From contig CAZELK010000011.1 in the NCBI GenBank assembly GCA_964513145.1, positions 1 through 26,922 on the forward strand: a DNA stretch of 26,922 nt. Reading direction: 5' to 3'. The notes beneath the pieces are model-generated. The model was not told the origin of the DNA. It worked only from the letters and a program-made list of their open reading frames with translations, and searched no databases. A program made the translations under genes and the position numbers. This DNA is from Candidatus Woesearchaeota archaeon (lineage in GTDB: Archaea > Nanobdellota > Nanobdellia > SCGC-AAA011-G17 > JACPIM01). Shown here piece by piece: positions 25,339-26,922 of this stretch; position 1 is the first letter of the stretch; each line of letters begins with the position of its first letter.

Positions 25339-25477
25339 CGGGCCTACGAGGATTCGAACCTCGACCAGAAGCTATCTCCTAAACTTTTGAAAAAGTTTAA
25401 TCAAAGATTATCTTTTGCTTAAGCTTTTTCTAAAAGCTTACCGAAGGCTACTGTTCTGTCCATTAAACTATAGGCCC
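25339..25477 (-). tRNA. tRNA-Arg(TCG) with a 67-nt intron at 37/38 (25374-25440)
   Basis: GGGCCTA/TAGGCCC acceptor, GTTT/GAAC D-stem, GTAGC/GCTTC anticodon stem (one U-U), loop CTTCGG|A, CGAGG-TTCGAAT-CCTCG T-arm; 72 nt mature. Central BHB helix CTTC/GGAG with bulges GG|T and AT|A. Confidence 0.92.
25380..25440. repeat. two inverted copies of the palindromic repeat forming the tRNA intron
   Basis: taaacttttgaaaaagtttaatcaaaga (25380-25407, +) versus taagcttttagaaaaagcttaagcaaaaga (25411-25440, -). Confidence 0.85.
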
Positions 25478-25510
25478 AAAAACTTTTTTTGAAAAGTTTT
25501 ATCAAAAAGA
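25478..25510 (+). repeat. palindromic repeat copy abutting the tRNA 5' end
   Basis: aaaaactttttttgaaaagttttatcaaaaaga. Confidence 0.75.
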
Positions 25511-25556
25511 GTAGAAAGGTATATAAAAAGTTGTTTATTATTCTTAATTTGAAAAG

Positions 25557-26870
25557 ATGAGTGATTTAGAGAAATTTTTTTATCCGAAAAGCATTGCTGT
25601 TATTGGCGCATCTAATAATGAAGGAAAGGTTGGCAATGCCTTGATGTGCAATCTAAAAAATTTTGAAGGCAAAGTTTTCCCAATTAATTTAAATGAAAAT
25701 GAAATTCTTGGTTTTAAAGCACATAAAAGCGTTTTAAATGTTAAGGAAAATATAGATTTGGGAGTAATAGCTGTACCTGAAAAATCTGTTTACAAGGTTT
25801 TAGAAGAATGCGGGAAAAAAAGAATCAAGAATGTTATAATAATTACTGCCGGATTTTCTGAAATCGGAAATTTAAATGGACAAGAAGCTTTAAAAAAAAT
25901 TTCCGATAAATACAAAATAAGAGTTTTAGGTCCAAATAATTTCGGCACTGTAAATCCGTATATAAAATTAGACACATCATTCTCAAAATTAATGCCTGAA
26001 AAAGGAAATATTGCATTGATATCGCAATCCGGGGCTTTGTGGGTTTATATATCCCAATTAAGTTTAGAAAAATTTGGGTTTTCTATTTTTGCCAGTTTAG
26101 GTAATATGGTTGATGTTGATTTTGCTGATATTATTGAGTATTTAAATGAAGAAAAAAATACAAATATAATTGTTTGCTATATTGAGACTTTGAAAAATGG
26201 AAAGAAATTTATGGAAGTTTGCAGAAAAAGCAAGAAGAAAATTATTGCAATTAAAGCTGGCTCCACAGATGCTGGACAAAAAGCAGCCTTAAGCCATACA
26301 GGGAGTTTAGCTGGAGAGATTGATATTTATAAAACTGCATTTAAACAAAGCAATGTATTTTTGGCTGAGACTGTTGAGGATGCATTTGACAAGGCTCAAT
26401 TTTTCTTAAGCCAGGAATTAAAAGGTAAAAAAACAATAATAATTACAAATGGCGGTGGTTTGGGGGTGTTATGTGCTGATTACTGTGCAAAGAATTATTT
26501 AGAAATAGTAAAATTACCTGAAAGCTTAATTGAGCATTTAAACTTAAATCATAACTGGAGTAAAAATAATCCTATTGATATTGTGGGCGATGCAGACTAT
26601 ATAAAGTATAAAGAAATATTTTTAAAACTAGAAGAAAATAAGAACTTCTTTGACAATGTAATTGTAATTCTAAGCCAGCAAGAGATGATAAATGTCTTAC
26701 ATGTTGCGAAAGAAATTGTAGAATTTAGAAAAAGAAGCAAAAAGTCTGTTATTTGCTGCTTAGTCGGAATAGGAGAAAATATTGATATGTCCAAAAAATT
26801 ATTAAATGAAAATGGGATTTTAAGTTTTTTTGAGCCTGAACGATGCGCTAAAGTTTTAAAAAACATCTAG
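25557..26870 (+). CDS. acdA: acetate--CoA ligase (ADP-forming) alpha subunit
   Basis: PKSIAVIGAS, VLGPNNFG, ISQSGAL, LGNMVDV, AALSHTGSLAG (phospho-His), ITNGGGLGVLCAD, NPIDIVGDA. Confidence 0.95.
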   Translation: MSDLEKFFYPKSIAVIGASNNEGKVGNALMCNLKNFEGKVFPINLNENEILGFKAHKSVLNVKENIDLGVIAVPEKSVYKVLEECGKKRIKNVIIITAGFSEIGNLNGQEALKKISDKYKIRVLGPNNFGTVNPYIKLDTSFSKLMPEKGNIALISQSGALWVYISQLSLEKFGFSIFASLGNMVDVDFADIIEYLNEEKNTNIIVCYIETLKNGKKFMEVCRKSKKKIIAIKAGSTDAGQKAALSHTGSLAGEIDIYKTAFKQSNVFLAETVEDAFDKAQFFLSQELKGKKTIIITNGGGLGVLCADYCAKNYLEIVKLPESLIEHLNLNHNWSKNNPIDIVGDADYIKYKEIFLKLEENKNFFDNVIVILSQQEMINVLHVAKEIVEFRKRSKKSVICCLVGIGENIDMSKKLLNENGILSFFEPERCAKVLKNI

Positions 26871-26922
26871 AGCTCTGGTGCATTCCTAATTTTTAAATAG
26901 ATAGAGGCATAGCCTTCTATTG

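Larger units (their letters stand above)
23269..25356 (-). mobile_element. putative mini integrative cassette 1 (2067 bp unit) at the tRNA-Arg(TCG) 3' end: MNT-HEPN TA + methyltransferase
   Basis: Perfect 21-bp direct repeats of the tRNA 3' end starting in the T-loop (CGAAT); accessory cargo; no integrase inside. Confidence 0.72.

Noticed and set aside
4699-25356. A single 20.6 kb integrated element bounded by the perfect 21-bp direct repeats
   Set aside because: The interval contains alaS, proS, tfe and acdB. The 4699 copy carries the downstream (attL-type) arm, like the tRNA copy, not the upstream arm expected at an attR.
21283-25356. CRISPR array
   Set aside because: Repeats are ~2 kb apart, derive from a tRNA end and enclose whole genes; no cas genes.
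835-26866. Antisense/shadow ORFs in the track (835, 3759, 3974, 4858, 6726, 7047, 7980, 8574, 9269, 9582, 12001, 13952, 15750, 16959, 17386, 20163, 22171, 24196, 25790, 26597)
   Set aside because: All lie opposite well-supported genes and have the Phe/Ser/Ile/Leu-rich composition typical of reverse-complemented AT-rich coding DNA.
26867-26922. 3' end of a convergent minus-strand gene (...IEGYASIYLKIRNAPEL*)
   Set aside because: Plausible (stops overlap in ctag) but only 18 codons are visible, too few to support a call.
1-26922. Integrase, transposase, reverse transcriptase or viral hallmark gene
   Set aside because: No ORF shows tyrosine/serine recombinase, DDE, HUH, RT, capsid or terminase motifs; any mobilising enzyme must be outside the window or among the unrecognised orphans.

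Overview
AT-rich archaeal chromosome segment, most likely DPANN (Woesearchaeota/Pacearchaeota-like). The lineage call is inferred from archaeal AlaRS and ProRS, TFE, a split ADP-forming acetyl-CoA synthetase, BHB-type tRNA introns and TATA-led, apparently leaderless genes. A core block (alaS, acdB, PHP, S2P, tfe, transglutaminase, HAD, proS, acdA) is flanked by two accessory zones next to two intron-containing tRNA-Arg genes. tRNA-Arg(TCT) has a non-canonical 23-nt D-loop intron. tRNA-Arg(TCG) has a 67-nt 37/38 intron made of two inverted copies of a dispersed palindromic repeat. Five toxin-antitoxin pairs are present. The main unexplained structure is a family of direct repeats of the tRNA-Arg(TCG) 3' end, at 25336, 23269, 21283 (diverged) and 4699. 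These carry conserved non-tRNA arms on either side and delimit two tandem ~2 kb units (2067 and ~1990 bp), each with one TA pair plus cargo. No integrase is in the window. A short reading frame (SD-MSKNK...KLQPKSEA|NPRRPD|TSTER) crosses the repeat, with mostly synonymous differences between copies. The fourth copy sits where a glutaredoxin gene is truncated. Together this suggests an array of miniature, non-autonomous tRNA-targeting integrative cassettes related to partitioned-integrase (SSV-type) elements.
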